Shown: positions 46,216 to 55,891 of the stretch, one piece after another
Position numbering within the stretch: position 1 is the stretch's first letter
Layout of the letters: the number at the start of each line of letters is the position of its first letter
NCBI GenBank assembly: GCA_021819135.1
Contig: JAKASE010000009.1
Location: 15,408-79,407 of the forward strand
Length of the DNA: 64,000 nucleotides
DNA from: Thermoplasmata archaeon
GTDB lineage: Archaea; Thermoplasmatota; Thermoplasmata; Lutacidiplasmatales; UBA184
Direction of reading: 5' to 3'
Program-made: the position numbers and the translations under genes
Notes under the pieces: model-generated
The model's input: only the letters and a program-made list of their open reading frames with translations
Database searches by the model: none
Told to the model about the DNA's origin: nothing

Positions 46216-48009
46216 GTGACCGCGGAGAACGCATCCCCCACACCGTCGGACCCCTGGGCCCCGATCGTCGCGACGATCGTGGCGGGGATCACGAAGTCGG
46301 CGGGGAGCGCCGGATTGACGGTGGACGCCGAGTCGCTGCGGGCCCAGCTTGACCTCGAGGGGGGCGCCGAGAGCGACATCGCGCTCCCGGTGCATCGACT
46401 CGCGCAGGGGGCCGGACGGGACCCGGGCGTGCTCGCCGCGACGCTGGCCGAGGGGTTTCCCCCCGACCCCGCGATCGCGCGCGTGGCCGCCCACGGAGCC
46501 TACCTCAATTTCCGCGTCGACACCCCCCGCCTCGCGGCCGCCACCCTCGCGGCGGTCCTGGGGCTGGGCCCGGGCTACGGAGGGGGCCCTCCGACCCCGG
46601 CCCGGGCGTGCGTCGAGCACACGAGCGCGAACCCGACCGGACCGTTCCACATCGGCCGCGTACGGAACGCGATCATCGGCGACACGCTCGCCCGGGTGCT
46701 GCGGGTCTCCGGCGTACCGGTGACGACGCAGTACTACGTCGACGACATGGGCCGGCAGGCGACGATGATCACCTGGATCTGGTCGATGCCGCGCGACGCC
46801 TGGCCTGCGCCGATCCGCGCGACGGTCGAGGGAGAGGAGGTCCCCGGCGAGAAGCCGGACCGGTACCGGGGACGGCCGTATCCCGCCGTCAGCGCCTACC
46901 TCAAGGAGCACGCGGAGGCGCGCGAGGCGGTCGCCGCGCTCGTCCGGGCGATCGAGACCGGGCAGGCACCGGCCGAACACCACGCGCTCGCCCAGCAGAT
47001 CCTGGACGGGATGCTCAGCTCGCTCGCCCGGCTGCACATCCACTTCGACGAGTTCGTGTGGGAGTCCCGGTTCGTCGCGGACGGTTCCGTCGACCGGGTC
47101 CTCGACCGGCTCCGCGCCGCGCCGCATGCGATGCGGGAGGAGAACGGGGCGCTCGCGATCGACGCCGCGGGCCACGGCCTCCCGAAGGAATCGACGCGTG
47201 TGGTCGTGCAGCGGGGCGACGGGACCAGCCTCTACGTGACGCGGGACATCGCCTACCACCTCGAGAAGTTCGCCCGGTTCGACCGGGTGATCGACGTCCT
47301 CGGCCAGGACCACCAGCTCCACGCCCGGACCCTCGCCGCGCTCCTCGAGGAGATCGGGGAGGCGCGGCGCCCGTCGTTCGTGATCTATCAGGACATCACC
47401 GTTCCCGAGGGGGGGCGGATGTCCACGCGCGGCGGCTCCGCCGTGTGGCTCGACCAGCTCCTCGAGGAGGCGGTCAGCCGGGCCCGCAAGGAGGTCCTGA
47501 CCCGCCGCGAGGATCTCCCGGATTCCGAGGTCGACCGCATTGCGGAGGCGGTCGCCACCGCGGCGATCCGGTACCACGTCGTTCGCGTGGCCCCGGAGAA
47601 GCCGGTCGTCTTCCGGTGGGAGGACGCCCTCTCCTTCGAAGGACGGAGCGGGCCGTTCGTGCAGTACTCCTACGCGCGGGCGTCGAGCGTGCTCCGCAAG
47701 GGCGGGGCGGACCGGCCCCCGTACCCGTTCGACGCGGCGCTGCTCACCGACCCCGAGGAGGCGGCCCTCGTCCGGACCCTGGCCGGCTTCCCCCGGGCGG
47801 TCGCGTACGCCGCCCGCACGGCGCACGTCCACACGATCGCGGGGTACGCCCACGAGCTGGCCGACCGGTTCAACCGCTTCTACCACGCGGTACCGGTGCT
47901 GAAGAGCGGGGCCGAGCGCGAGACGCGTATCGCGCTGGTCGCCGCGGTCCGGCAGACCCTCGGGAACGCGCTCGACCTGCTCGGGATCGCCCCCCTCGAG
48001 AGAATGTGA
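46216..48009 (+). CDS. argS: Arginine--tRNA ligase
   Basis: EHTSANPTGPFHIGRVRN, MSTRGG, QYSYAR and C-terminal LERM. Confidence 0.97.
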   Translation: MTAENASPTPSDPWAPIVATIVAGITKSAGSAGLTVDAESLRAQLDLEGGAESDIALPVHRLAQGAGRDPGVLAATLAEGFPPDPAIARVAAHGAYLNFRVDTPRLAAATLAAVLGLGPGYGGGPPTPARACVEHTSANPTGPFHIGRVRNAIIGDTLARVLRVSGVPVTTQYYVDDMGRQATMITWIWSMPRDAWPAPIRATVEGEEVPGEKPDRYRGRPYPAVSAYLKEHAEAREAVAALVRAIETGQAPAEHHALAQQILDGMLSSLARLHIHFDEFVWESRFVADGSVDRVLDRLRAAPHAMREENGALAIDAAGHGLPKESTRVVVQRGDGTSLYVTRDIAYHLEKFARFDRVIDVLGQDHQLHARTLAALLEEIGEARRPSFVIYQDITVPEGGRMSTRGGSAVWLDQLLEEAVSRARKEVLTRREDLPDSEVDRIAEAVATAAIRYHVVRVAPEKPVVFRWEDALSFEGRSGPFVQYSYARASSVLRKGGADRPPYPFDAALLTDPEEAALVRTLAGFPRAVAYAARTAHVHTIAGYAHELADRFNRFYHAVPVLKSGAERETRIALVAAVRQTLGNALDLLGIAPLERM

Positions 48010-48063
48010 AAACGACCGCCGCTACCATTATAGCGGAGGCCCATACGCCGCGCGAGGTTCGAT

Positions 48064-48498
48064 ATGGCGTCGATACGGGAAGACTTTACGAAGTTCATGC
48101 AACGGGGGAACCTGATCCAGCTGGCGGTCGCCTTCGTGATGGGCGCGGCCTTCTCGGCGGTGGTCACCGCGCTCGTGGCGGACCTGATCACCCCGCTCAT
48201 CGGGGTGGCCGGGAAGTTCGACTTCTCGAAGTGGGTCTTCACCTTCAATGGCAGCACGTTCCAGCAGGGCGCGTTCCTGAACTCCTTGATCGCGTTCGTG
48301 ACGATCACCATCGTCGTCTTCTTCGCGATCGCGCTCCCCTACCAGCGCTACGAGGACCGGAAGGCGGCGAAGGCCGCCGCGGCCGCGAAGGCGGTCCCTC
48401 CGACCACCCGCGCGTGCCCGGAATGCCTCACGCAGATCCCGCTCGCCGCGAAGCGGTGCTCGGCGTGCACGTCGCCGGTCCCGGCGGCGTCCCCCTAG
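48064..48498 (+). CDS. mscL: Large-conductance mechanosensitive channel with C-terminal Zn ribbon
   Basis: F..F..RGN.IQLAVAFVMGAAF..VV.ALV.D.ITPLIG; CPEC..CSAC tail. Confidence 0.93.
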   Translation: MASIREDFTKFMQRGNLIQLAVAFVMGAAFSAVVTALVADLITPLIGVAGKFDFSKWVFTFNGSTFQQGAFLNSLIAFVTITIVVFFAIALPYQRYEDRKAAKAAAAAKAVPPTTRACPECLTQIPLAAKRCSACTSPVPAASP

Positions 48499-49205
48499 GT
48501 TGGCTCACGGGACGCCGCCCGGAGCAGCGGGTCGACGACCCCGGCCCCTCGGAAGCCGCGGGCACGTAGCCGGCAGGAGGCGCACCGACCGCACGGTCGC
48601 CGGCCGCCCTCGTAGCAGCTCCACGTGAGGCCCCAGGGGACCCCGAGGCGCTCGCCGCGACGTACGATCTCCGCCTTCGAGGACCGAACGAGCGGGGCCT
48701 CGATGCGGACCGGACGGCCGGCCTCGACGGCCGATCGGGTCGCGAGGCCCGCGAGCCGGTCGAACGCCCGAAGGTACTCGGGCCGGCAATCCGGGTATCC
48801 CGAGTAGTCCACGGCGTTCGCGCCGATGTAGACCGAACCGAGGCGATGGCTCTCGGCGTACCCGAGCGCGATCGCGAGCAGGATCGTGTTCCGCGCCGGC
48901 ACGTAGGTGGAGGGGATCCGCCCGGGGCGGGCGGGACGCCGGGGGACGCGGCGCTCGGGGCGGGTGAGGGCGGAGCGGAGGAGCGGCCCGAGAGGCAGCC
49001 GGAGGACCACGTGGTTCCGGACCCGGTAATACCGGGCGAGCGCCCGGGCCGAGCGCACCTCCCGTGCGTGCCGCTGCCCGTACAGGATGGTGAGCGCGTG
49101 GACGGGACGGCGTTCCTGCGCCGCGACCGCGAGGCAGGTGGCCGAGTCCATCCCGCCGGAGAGGAGGACGACGCTGCCCGGGTCCCGGGCAAGCCGCCGC
49201 GTCAC
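48495..49205 (-). CDS. queC: 7-cyano-7-deazaguanine synthase
   Basis: SGGMDS, YGQRH, TYVPARN, YPDCRP and CY..CGRCASC. Confidence 0.96.
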   Translation of the reverse strand: MTRRLARDPGSVVLLSGGMDSATCLAVAAQERRPVHALTILYGQRHAREVRSARALARYYRVRNHVVLRLPLGPLLRSALTRPERRVPRRPARPGRIPSTYVPARNTILLAIALGYAESHRLGSVYIGANAVDYSGYPDCRPEYLRAFDRLAGLATRSAVEAGRPVRIEAPLVRSSKAEIVRRGERLGVPWGLTWSCYEGGRRPCGRCASCRLRARGFRGAGVVDPLLRAASREPT

Positions 49206-49981
49206 AGGAGGACCCCGGCGGCCGCGTAGATCCCGGCCGCGATCACGACCGCTCCAAGCATCCCGAGGAAGTTCGTGCTGTGCTTGGTGAGGAGGCCCCG
49301 GTTCTCGAGGAGCTCACCGAGGACACTGTCGAGCTGACAGGCGAGGAACCCGGCGACGACGACGGCCACCAGGAATATCGCGCTCCGTTCGGGAAACCCG
49401 CCAAAGGCCCCGAAGAGACCGACCCCCACCACGCCCGTGACCGCCGCGCCGGCGAAGGCGAACGCCTCCCCGAGGGCCGAGACCCCGCCGTTCGTCCCGG
49501 GGGGCACGGGCCGCAGGGTGAGGATGCTCCGGGCCCGACCGGCGAGCACGCCGAACTCGCTCGCGAAGGTATCGGAGGCGCCGAACGCGAGGGCGCTCGT
49601 GTAGAGCACGTCGAGCCCCGGAACGCCGAGTCCGGGGGTGGGAAGACCCCCGGCGACCGCGATCGCGGTGGGGATGAGGATATGGGCGAGTACGTTGGAG
49701 ATCCCCCGCTCCCCGGTCGTCCCCTCCTGTAGGTGGCGCGCCTCCTTCTCTGCGAACCGGTACCGCGTCGCGAGGACGCTCGATACCAGGAAGAGGACCA
49801 TGAGGGCGAGGAACGGAAAGCCGGCGAACACGACGATCGCACCACCGAAGATCGCGGCGACCGCCCCGGCCGCAACGGTGAGCGCCCGGACGTAGACGGC
49901 GGCCGCCGCGAGCGCCACCGTCGCCACAGTGCCGATGAGCGCCGGGACGAGAAGGAGCACGGAACTCCCCACGGGGCGCAC
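49202..49981 (-). CDS. DUF92/TMEM19 membrane protein
   Basis: R...NVLA, DTFASE.G, PPGTNGGVS and DSVLG. Confidence 0.9.
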   Translation of the reverse strand: MRPVGSSVLLLVPALIGTVATVALAAAAVYVRALTVAAGAVAAIFGGAIVVFAGFPFLALMVLFLVSSVLATRYRFAEKEARHLQEGTTGERGISNVLAHILIPTAIAVAGGLPTPGLGVPGLDVLYTSALAFGASDTFASEFGVLAGRARSILTLRPVPPGTNGGVSALGEAFAFAGAAVTGVVGVGLFGAFGGFPERSAIFLVAVVVAGFLACQLDSVLGELLENRGLLTKHSTNFLGMLGAVVIAAGIYAAAGVLL

Positions 49982-50063
49982 CGAGCCGGCAACTTAACGT
50001 GATGCCCCCGGCGATCGAGGCGGGACGCTTGCGAGGACGGCCGGGGACCCGGCGGCCGGCGGG

Positions 50064-50651
50064 CTAGCCTCGGGCGAGGATCCGGCACACCGCGTTCTCG
50101 AACGAGAGCGACTCGATGTCGGCCTCGGCCCCGTGCTCGCGAAGCTCCGCGCGCACCTGGCGCTCATGGCCCATCGGGACCACGACCGCCGTGAGGAGGC
50201 CGAGGGCCCGACCGGCCTCGACGTCGAGCGCCCGGTCCCCGATCACGGCGCTCGAGGCGAGGTCGATGTTCCACTCGGCCCGGGCACGCTCGAACAAGCC
50301 GGTCCGCGGCTTACGGCACTCGCAGGAGGACTCCGGCGCGTGAGGGCAGTAATAGAAGGCGTCGATGTGCGCATGCCGGGCCGCGAGCATCTCGTTGAGG
50401 CGACGGTGGATCTGCTCCACCTCCTCCCGGGTGTAGAATCCCCGCTCGACACCGGACTGGTTCGTGACGCAGAGGATCCGGAACCCGTGGTCGCGGGCGA
50501 GCGAGAGCCCCTCCGCCACCCCTCGGTTCAGCTCGAGGCGATCGGCCTCCTTGAGATACTTGAGGTCCGGGTTGATCGTCCCGTCCCGATCGACGAACAG
50601 GGCCCGGCGGGGCGGTCCGGGTCGCGGCCCCTCCCGTGCCGGTGCGGCCAC
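50064..50651 (-). CDS. HAD IIIA phosphatase (GmhB / histidinol-phosphatase family)
   Basis: DRDGTIN, TNQSG, CPH..CECRKP and GD...D. Confidence 0.9.
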   Translation of the reverse strand: MAAPAREGPRPGPPRRALFVDRDGTINPDLKYLKEADRLELNRGVAEGLSLARDHGFRILCVTNQSGVERGFYTREEVEQIHRRLNEMLAARHAHIDAFYYCPHAPESSCECRKPRTGLFERARAEWNIDLASSAVIGDRALDVEAGRALGLLTAVVVPMGHERQVRAELREHGAEADIESLSFENAVCRILARG

Positions 50652-50711
50652 GTCGCGGGGAAACCGCTCCCGAGATAAGCGTTCGGTCGTCGCGAGACGG
50701 GGGGCCGGGCG

Positions 50712-51482
50712 TTGCGGGCGCCAGAGGGGAAGGAGACCGGGACCGACCGCCTCGACCGGGCGTTCGACGGCGCGCTCGCGCCCTACCGCCGCGACGACGG
50801 GCCGCTCGGGGTGCTGTTCTCGGGCGGCGTCGACTCCTCCCTGATCGCGTGGGAGCTCCACGACCGGCCGAACCTGACGCTCGTGACCGTGGGGGTCCCG
50901 GGCAGCCCGGACCTCGTGGCGGCCCGGAGCGCGTCCGCCCTCCTTTCCCTGCCCTGGACGGAGGTGGTCGTCCCGATCGATGAGGTCCGGTCGGTGGCGG
51001 CCGAGATCGCGGAGGAGACCGATCGGCTCGCTCCCGTCCCGCGCTCGGTGCAGATCGCGTTCGCCGTCGCCGTCCGCTCATCGCCGGTGGACCGGCTCTT
51101 GTGCGGGCAGGGGGCCGACGAGCTGTTCCTCGGCTACGCTCATTTCCGCGGCCGGTCCGCGGCCGAAGCTGCTCGGATCGCCGATGGCGACCTGGGTCGG
51201 CTGATCACCGAGGATTGGCCGCGGTCCCAGCGCATCGCCGCCCGGTTCGGTCGGTCGGTGTTCGCTCCGTACCTCGACCCCGGGTTCATGGAGGCGGCCC
51301 GGTCGATCCCGGTCGACCGACGATTGCCCGAGCCCGAGCCCAAGTCCTGGTTCCGATCGTGGGCCCGGCACCGCGGGCTTCCGGCCGAGATCGCCGCGCG
51401 GCCGAAGCGGGCGCTCCAGTACGGGAGCGGCGTCGACCGCGCCCTCCGCGACGGGGAACGGCGGACCGTCAGGAACGCGTGA
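50712..51482 (+). CDS. Asparagine synthase C-terminal-domain-like PP-loop protein
   Basis: FSGGVDSS, GQGADELFLGY and RPKRALQYGSG; no glutaminase domain. Confidence 0.85.
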   Translation: MRAPEGKETGTDRLDRAFDGALAPYRRDDGPLGVLFSGGVDSSLIAWELHDRPNLTLVTVGVPGSPDLVAARSASALLSLPWTEVVVPIDEVRSVAAEIAEETDRLAPVPRSVQIAFAVAVRSSPVDRLLCGQGADELFLGYAHFRGRSAAEAARIADGDLGRLITEDWPRSQRIAARFGRSVFAPYLDPGFMEAARSIPVDRRLPEPEPKSWFRSWARHRGLPAEIAARPKRALQYGSGVDRALRDGERRTVRNA

Positions 51483-52461
51483 CGCGGGTCCCGGCCTCCC
51501 CGTCGACGGCACGGGCGAGCGACGGGATGTCGGTGATCAGGAAGCGACGCCCGCCGCCCTTCAGGAACTCGAGACCCGCCCCGACCTTAGGCCCCATACT
51601 GCCCGAGGCGAACTCTCCCCGCGCGTGGAGCCGCGTGAGCTCGTCCTGGGTGACCTCGCCGAGCCATCGCTCCCCCTTCTTGCCGAAGTTCACCGCCGCG
51701 CCCGCGACGTCGGTGACGATCGCGAGCGTGTCGAGGCCGAGCTCGCGGGCCACGAGGGAGGCGCCGAGGTCCTTGTCGATCACCGCCTCGACGCCCTCGT
51801 ACGAGCCGTCCGGCCGACGGACGACCGGGATCCCGCCGCCTCCCGAGACCACGGGGATCCAGCTCTGGCCGAGCCCGGCGGCCATGAGGTGACGGACCGC
51901 CGGGCCCTCGAGCCATCGGACCGGCCGCGGGGAGGGAACGACCCGCCGCCATCCCCCCCGTGCCCCATCGTACTGCATCGCCCAGTCGTGCTGCTTGCGC
52001 AGGACCCGCGCCTCCGCCTCGGAATAGTACCGGCCCACGGGCTTCGTCGGGTTCGCGAACGCGGGGTCCTTGCGCGAGACCTCGGTACGGCTCACGATCG
52101 TCAGGACCGAGCGATCGACCTTCGCCGCCCGGAGCGCCGGGGTAAGCTCGGTCTGGATCAGGTAGCCGATCTGCCCCTGGGTCTCGGCCCCGAGGACGTC
52201 CATCGGCCGCGGCGGCACCTCCCGGCCGGCGAGCTCGTTCTGCAGGAGGAGCGCGCCGACCTGAGGACCGTTGCCGTGCGAGAGCACGAGCTCGGGGCCG
52301 TGGCGGGCGATCTCGGCGATCGTGGCGACCGCCCGGCGCATCTGGGCCCGGGCTTCGGTCCAGGTCCCGGAGCGCCCCGCCCGCTGCAGGGCGTTGCCCC
52401 CGAGCGCGACCAGGATCCCGGCCATGGAGTTCGGCACTCGCCTCGCGAGCCCTTGAGCCAA
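51469..52461 (-). CDS. arcC: Carbamate kinase
   Basis: ALGGNAL, HGNGPQVG, PTKPVG, RRVVPSP, EAVIDKD and GSMGPK. Confidence 0.95.
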   Translation of the reverse strand: MAQGLARRVPNSMAGILVALGGNALQRAGRSGTWTEARAQMRRAVATIAEIARHGPELVLSHGNGPQVGALLLQNELAGREVPPRPMDVLGAETQGQIGYLIQTELTPALRAAKVDRSVLTIVSRTEVSRKDPAFANPTKPVGRYYSEAEARVLRKQHDWAMQYDGARGGWRRVVPSPRPVRWLEGPAVRHLMAAGLGQSWIPVVSGGGGIPVVRRPDGSYEGVEAVIDKDLGASLVARELGLDTLAIVTDVAGAAVNFGKKGERWLGEVTQDELTRLHARGEFASGSMGPKVGAGLEFLKGGGRRFLITDIPSLARAVDGEAGTRVTRS

Positions 52462-52546
52462 TCGGCCGTCCTCGGCGCACCGCGACCGGCCGAGGGGAAG
52501 GGCGCCCGGTAATCACGCCTATATACGCCTCCCCCGCTCACCGGCC

Positions 52547-53908
52547 GTGACGGACGATACCTCCTCTCTCTTCTGTCCGCTCGAGTTCCGATACGGCCGC
52601 GAGACGGTCCGGGCGCTGTTCTCCCGGGGCGCCCGCCTCGAACGGGCCCTCCGCGTTGAGGCGGCTCTCGCGGGGGCAGAGGCGGACCTCGGGATGATCC
52701 CGAAGGACTCCGCCGCGGCGATCGCCGCCGCAGCCGACCTCCACCACGTGTCGCTCGACCGGGTCGATACGCTCGAGCGGTCGCTCCGACACGATGTGAT
52801 GGCCATCACACGGGCGCTCGCCGAGGCGGCGGGTCCCGCGGGCCGGTGGGTCCACTTCGGGGCGACGAGCGCCGACATCACCGACACCGCGCTCGCGCTC
52901 GAGCTCAGCGAGAGCGTGGGGGTCCTGCGGGAGGACCTGACGCATCTCGCGCGCGCCCTGGCCGACCTCGCCCGCCACCACCGGGCGACCCCCGAGATCG
53001 GACGGACGCATGGGCAGCACGGCGTGCCGATCAGCTTCGGCTACAAGATCGCGGTCGCGGCGGCCGAGGTGGTGCGCCACCGGCAGCGGCTCGACGAGCT
53101 CCGCCCGCGCCTCGCGGTCGGCAAGATGGCGGGCGCGGTCGGCACGGGGGCCGGGTTCGGCACGCACGCCGCGGAGGTCGAGGCCGCCGTGATGCGGCGC
53201 TTGGGCCTCGCCGCGGACGAGGCCCCGACGCAGATCGTCGGGCGGGACCGCATCGCCGAGTTCACGAACTTCCTCGCGCTCGTCGCAGGCACGGCGGAGC
53301 GCCTCGCGACCGAGGTGCGGAACCTCCAGCGGACCGAGATCGCCGAGGTCGCGGAGCCGTTCGACGAAGGCCACCAGGTCGGCAGCTCCACGATGGCGCA
53401 GAAGCGGAACCCGATGCTCTCCGAGAACGTCACGAGCCTCGCCCGTCTCATCCGGGCGTTCGCGCTCCCGCCCCTCGAGAACATGGTCCAGTGGCACGAG
53501 CGCGACCTCGCGAACTCCGCGAACGAGCGGATCGTCCTGCCGCACGCGATCGTTCTCACGGACGACGTGCTGGGCAAGCTGGTCGAAGTCTTCTCCGGCC
53601 TGCGCGTCGACGCGGCGCGCATGGCCGAGGGGATCGCGCGCTCGGGCGGCTCCGCGATGACGGAGAACCTGCTGCTCGCGCTCACCTCGAAGGGTCTCGG
53701 CCGGGCCGAGGCCCACGAGCTCCTCCGCACCCTCACGCGTCCCGGTTCCGGTACGCTGGTCGAGCGGGCGAACGCGGACCCGACCGTGCGGGCTCACTTC
53801 GCTCCCCAGGAGATCGTGGCGCTCCTCGACCCCGCCGGCTATGTCGGCGCGGCCGCCCTCAAGACCGATCGGGTGCTCGCCGGCGTCGACCGGGCGCTGA
53901 ACGGATGA
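52547..53908 (+). CDS. purB: Adenylosuccinate lyase
   Basis: HDVMA, HFGATS.DI, GRTHGQH, GSSTMAQKRNP and WHERD. Confidence 0.96.
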   Translation: MTDDTSSLFCPLEFRYGRETVRALFSRGARLERALRVEAALAGAEADLGMIPKDSAAAIAAAADLHHVSLDRVDTLERSLRHDVMAITRALAEAAGPAGRWVHFGATSADITDTALALELSESVGVLREDLTHLARALADLARHHRATPEIGRTHGQHGVPISFGYKIAVAAAEVVRHRQRLDELRPRLAVGKMAGAVGTGAGFGTHAAEVEAAVMRRLGLAADEAPTQIVGRDRIAEFTNFLALVAGTAERLATEVRNLQRTEIAEVAEPFDEGHQVGSSTMAQKRNPMLSENVTSLARLIRAFALPPLENMVQWHERDLANSANERIVLPHAIVLTDDVLGKLVEVFSGLRVDAARMAEGIARSGGSAMTENLLLALTSKGLGRAEAHELLRTLTRPGSGTLVERANADPTVRAHFAPQEIVALLDPAGYVGAAALKTDRVLAGVDRALNG

Positions 53909-54189
53909 GCGAGCCCGCCGCCGGGTCCTGGACGGCGCGACTTCGGGTCACGGTATCCGACCCATCGCTCGCCGAGTGGCTCGAGCGTGCCCTACGACCC
54001 GAGGCTGCCCGGGAGGTGCCCCGGACGCGCGCGACGGTCGGCCGGGGCCCCGATGGGTCCGTGGAGGTCTCGGTCTCCGCCCTCGACTCCGGCGCGTTGC
54101 GGGCGGCGATGAACACCTATCTCGGGTGGATCCATCTCGCGCTCTCGACCGCCGAGACGGCCCGCGCGGCCGGCGGGGTCCGCGCCTAG
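53905..54189 (+). CDS. pcc1: KEOPS complex subunit Pcc1
   Basis: AL.PE..E.PRT, A.D..ALRAA.NTYL.W; upstream of pfdB. Confidence 0.85.
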   Translation: MSEPAAGSWTARLRVTVSDPSLAEWLERALRPEAAREVPRTRATVGRGPDGSVEVSVSALDSGALRAAMNTYLGWIHLALSTAETARAAGGVRA

Positions 54190-54238
54190 GGAGCCCGTCG
54201 CGCCGAAGCGCTTATCTCTCTCGTCCGGTCGGGCGGTC

Positions 54239-54619
54239 GTGGCTCTACCGGCGAAGTTGCAGAACGACATCAAGCAGTTCCAGCGGCTCCAGCAGGAGCT
54301 GGGCGCGGTGCAGCAGCAGCGACTCCAGATGGAGCTCAAGGTGCGCGAGGTCTCCCACACGCTCGAGGAACTCAAGGCCGTCCCCGAGGATGCGGTCGTC
54401 TACCGGCCGATCGGGGGTCTCATGGTGAAGGCGAAGGGCCGGAAGGAGGTCGAGGACCTCCTCACCGAAGAGAAGGAGACCGCCGAGGTACGCCTGAAGG
54501 CGGTCGAGCGGCAGGAGAACCACCTGAAGGAACGCTACACGACCCTGCAGCAGGAGCTCTCCCAGGCGCTGCAGGCCGCCGGTGCGGTCCCCTCCGGACC
54601 CGCCGAAGGCGGGGACTGA
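54239..54619 (+). CDS. pfdB: Prefoldin beta subunit
   Basis: QFQ.LQQ.L..V..Q, VYRPIGGLMVK and coiled coils. Confidence 0.93.
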   Translation: MALPAKLQNDIKQFQRLQQELGAVQQQRLQMELKVREVSHTLEELKAVPEDAVVYRPIGGLMVKAKGRKEVEDLLTEEKETAEVRLKAVERQENHLKERYTTLQQELSQALQAAGAVPSGPAEGGD

Positions 54620-54776
54620 CCCGACCGCCACGGATCCTCGACGGTCCTCTTCCTGCGTGGTCCTGCCCGTTCACGGGCCGAGTTCCCGGTCGGCCGGACG
54701 GTCGCTCAAGGGCACTATAGGGCCTTAGGTCGGCCCGCTCGAACCGGGGGCCCCCGAAATGCCCCGGCCCGTGGGA

Positions 54777-55859
54777 TCAACTTCGGCGGCGCACGAGACG
54801 ATCGGCGATCTCTTGGACCAGCGGTTTCGACCGGGTCGGGATCGCCCGGCTCCGCTCGAGGCGGCGTAGTCCACGGCGATTGAGCTCGTCGATACGCTGC
54901 TCGGAGTAGGCCAGGCTGCCGGTCGCCCGGATCACCCCGCGGGCCCGCTCCACGTCCTCGGGGGTCGCGGTCGGGTTACCGAGGACCCGGGCGAGTCGCG
55001 CGCGGTCGGCGTCGTCTCCCCGGGTCCACGCTCGGACGACGAGCAGCGTGCGCTTGCCCTCGACGAGGTCGTTCGAGCTCTTGCCGGCCTCGTCGGCGTC
55101 GAACCCGGCGCCGAGGACGTCGTCGCGCAGCTGGAACGCGATCCCGAGGTCGCTGCCGATCGCTTCAAGGTCGGCGAGGAGCGCGGGACGGGCCCCCCCC
55201 AGCTCGGCGCCGATCTTGAGCGGGGCGACCACCGTGTAGACGGCCGACTTGAGCCGGTGGACGGTCAGGACGTCCTCCTCGGAGACCGTCCCGGGCGGCA
55301 GGGTCCCGTTCCGGATGTCGAGGAGCTGGCCGTAGGCCGTGCGCCGGGTCATCTCCACGTACTCGCGGAGCGCGGCGAGCCGTGCGGCGGGAGCGGACGG
55401 CACTTCGAGGAAGGCGCTCACGACGAACGGCTCCTCGAGGTCGCCGAGGGCGATCGCGCACCCGGTCCCGTAGTCCGCGCTCGAGCCCTCCTGGTGGTCC
55501 CGGCGGTGCATCGCCTCGAGGACCCGGTGCGCGGTCGGCCCGCCGCGGCGCTCCTCGGCATGGTCGATGACGTCGTCGTGGATCAGCATCCAGCTCTGGA
55601 AATGCTCGAGGGCGGCGGCGGCCGGCAGCACGGGTCGGGGCGACCGGCCGGTGGCGATGTGGTACCCGGCGAGCAGCAGGGTCGCACGGAACCGCTTCCC
55701 TCCGCGGAGGGTGAACTCGCGGTTGACGTCGAGGAACGGCCGGACGCTCTTCGGGGCGGTGCGAAGCGCGCGTTGGTAGGACCCCCGGAGCTCTTCGGTC
55801 AGGGGAGGAAGGAACCGGAAGAGACCTTCAAGATCCACGGCGTTGCGATTGGACGCCAT
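54777..55859 (-). CDS. Polyprenyl (geranylgeranyl) diphosphate synthase
   Basis: GGKRFR, IHDDVID..RRG, GQ.LD, FQLRDDVL and DLVEGK. Confidence 0.93.
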   Translation of the reverse strand: MASNRNAVDLEGLFRFLPPLTEELRGSYQRALRTAPKSVRPFLDVNREFTLRGGKRFRATLLLAGYHIATGRSPRPVLPAAAALEHFQSWMLIHDDVIDHAEERRGGPTAHRVLEAMHRRDHQEGSSADYGTGCAIALGDLEEPFVVSAFLEVPSAPAARLAALREYVEMTRRTAYGQLLDIRNGTLPPGTVSEEDVLTVHRLKSAVYTVVAPLKIGAELGGARPALLADLEAIGSDLGIAFQLRDDVLGAGFDADEAGKSSNDLVEGKRTLLVVRAWTRGDDADRARLARVLGNPTATPEDVERARGVIRATGSLAYSEQRIDELNRRGLRRLERSRAIPTRSKPLVQEIADRLVRRRS

Positions 55860-55891
55860 TCGTATTTAACGGACCGGGAGTTGTCGTCACG

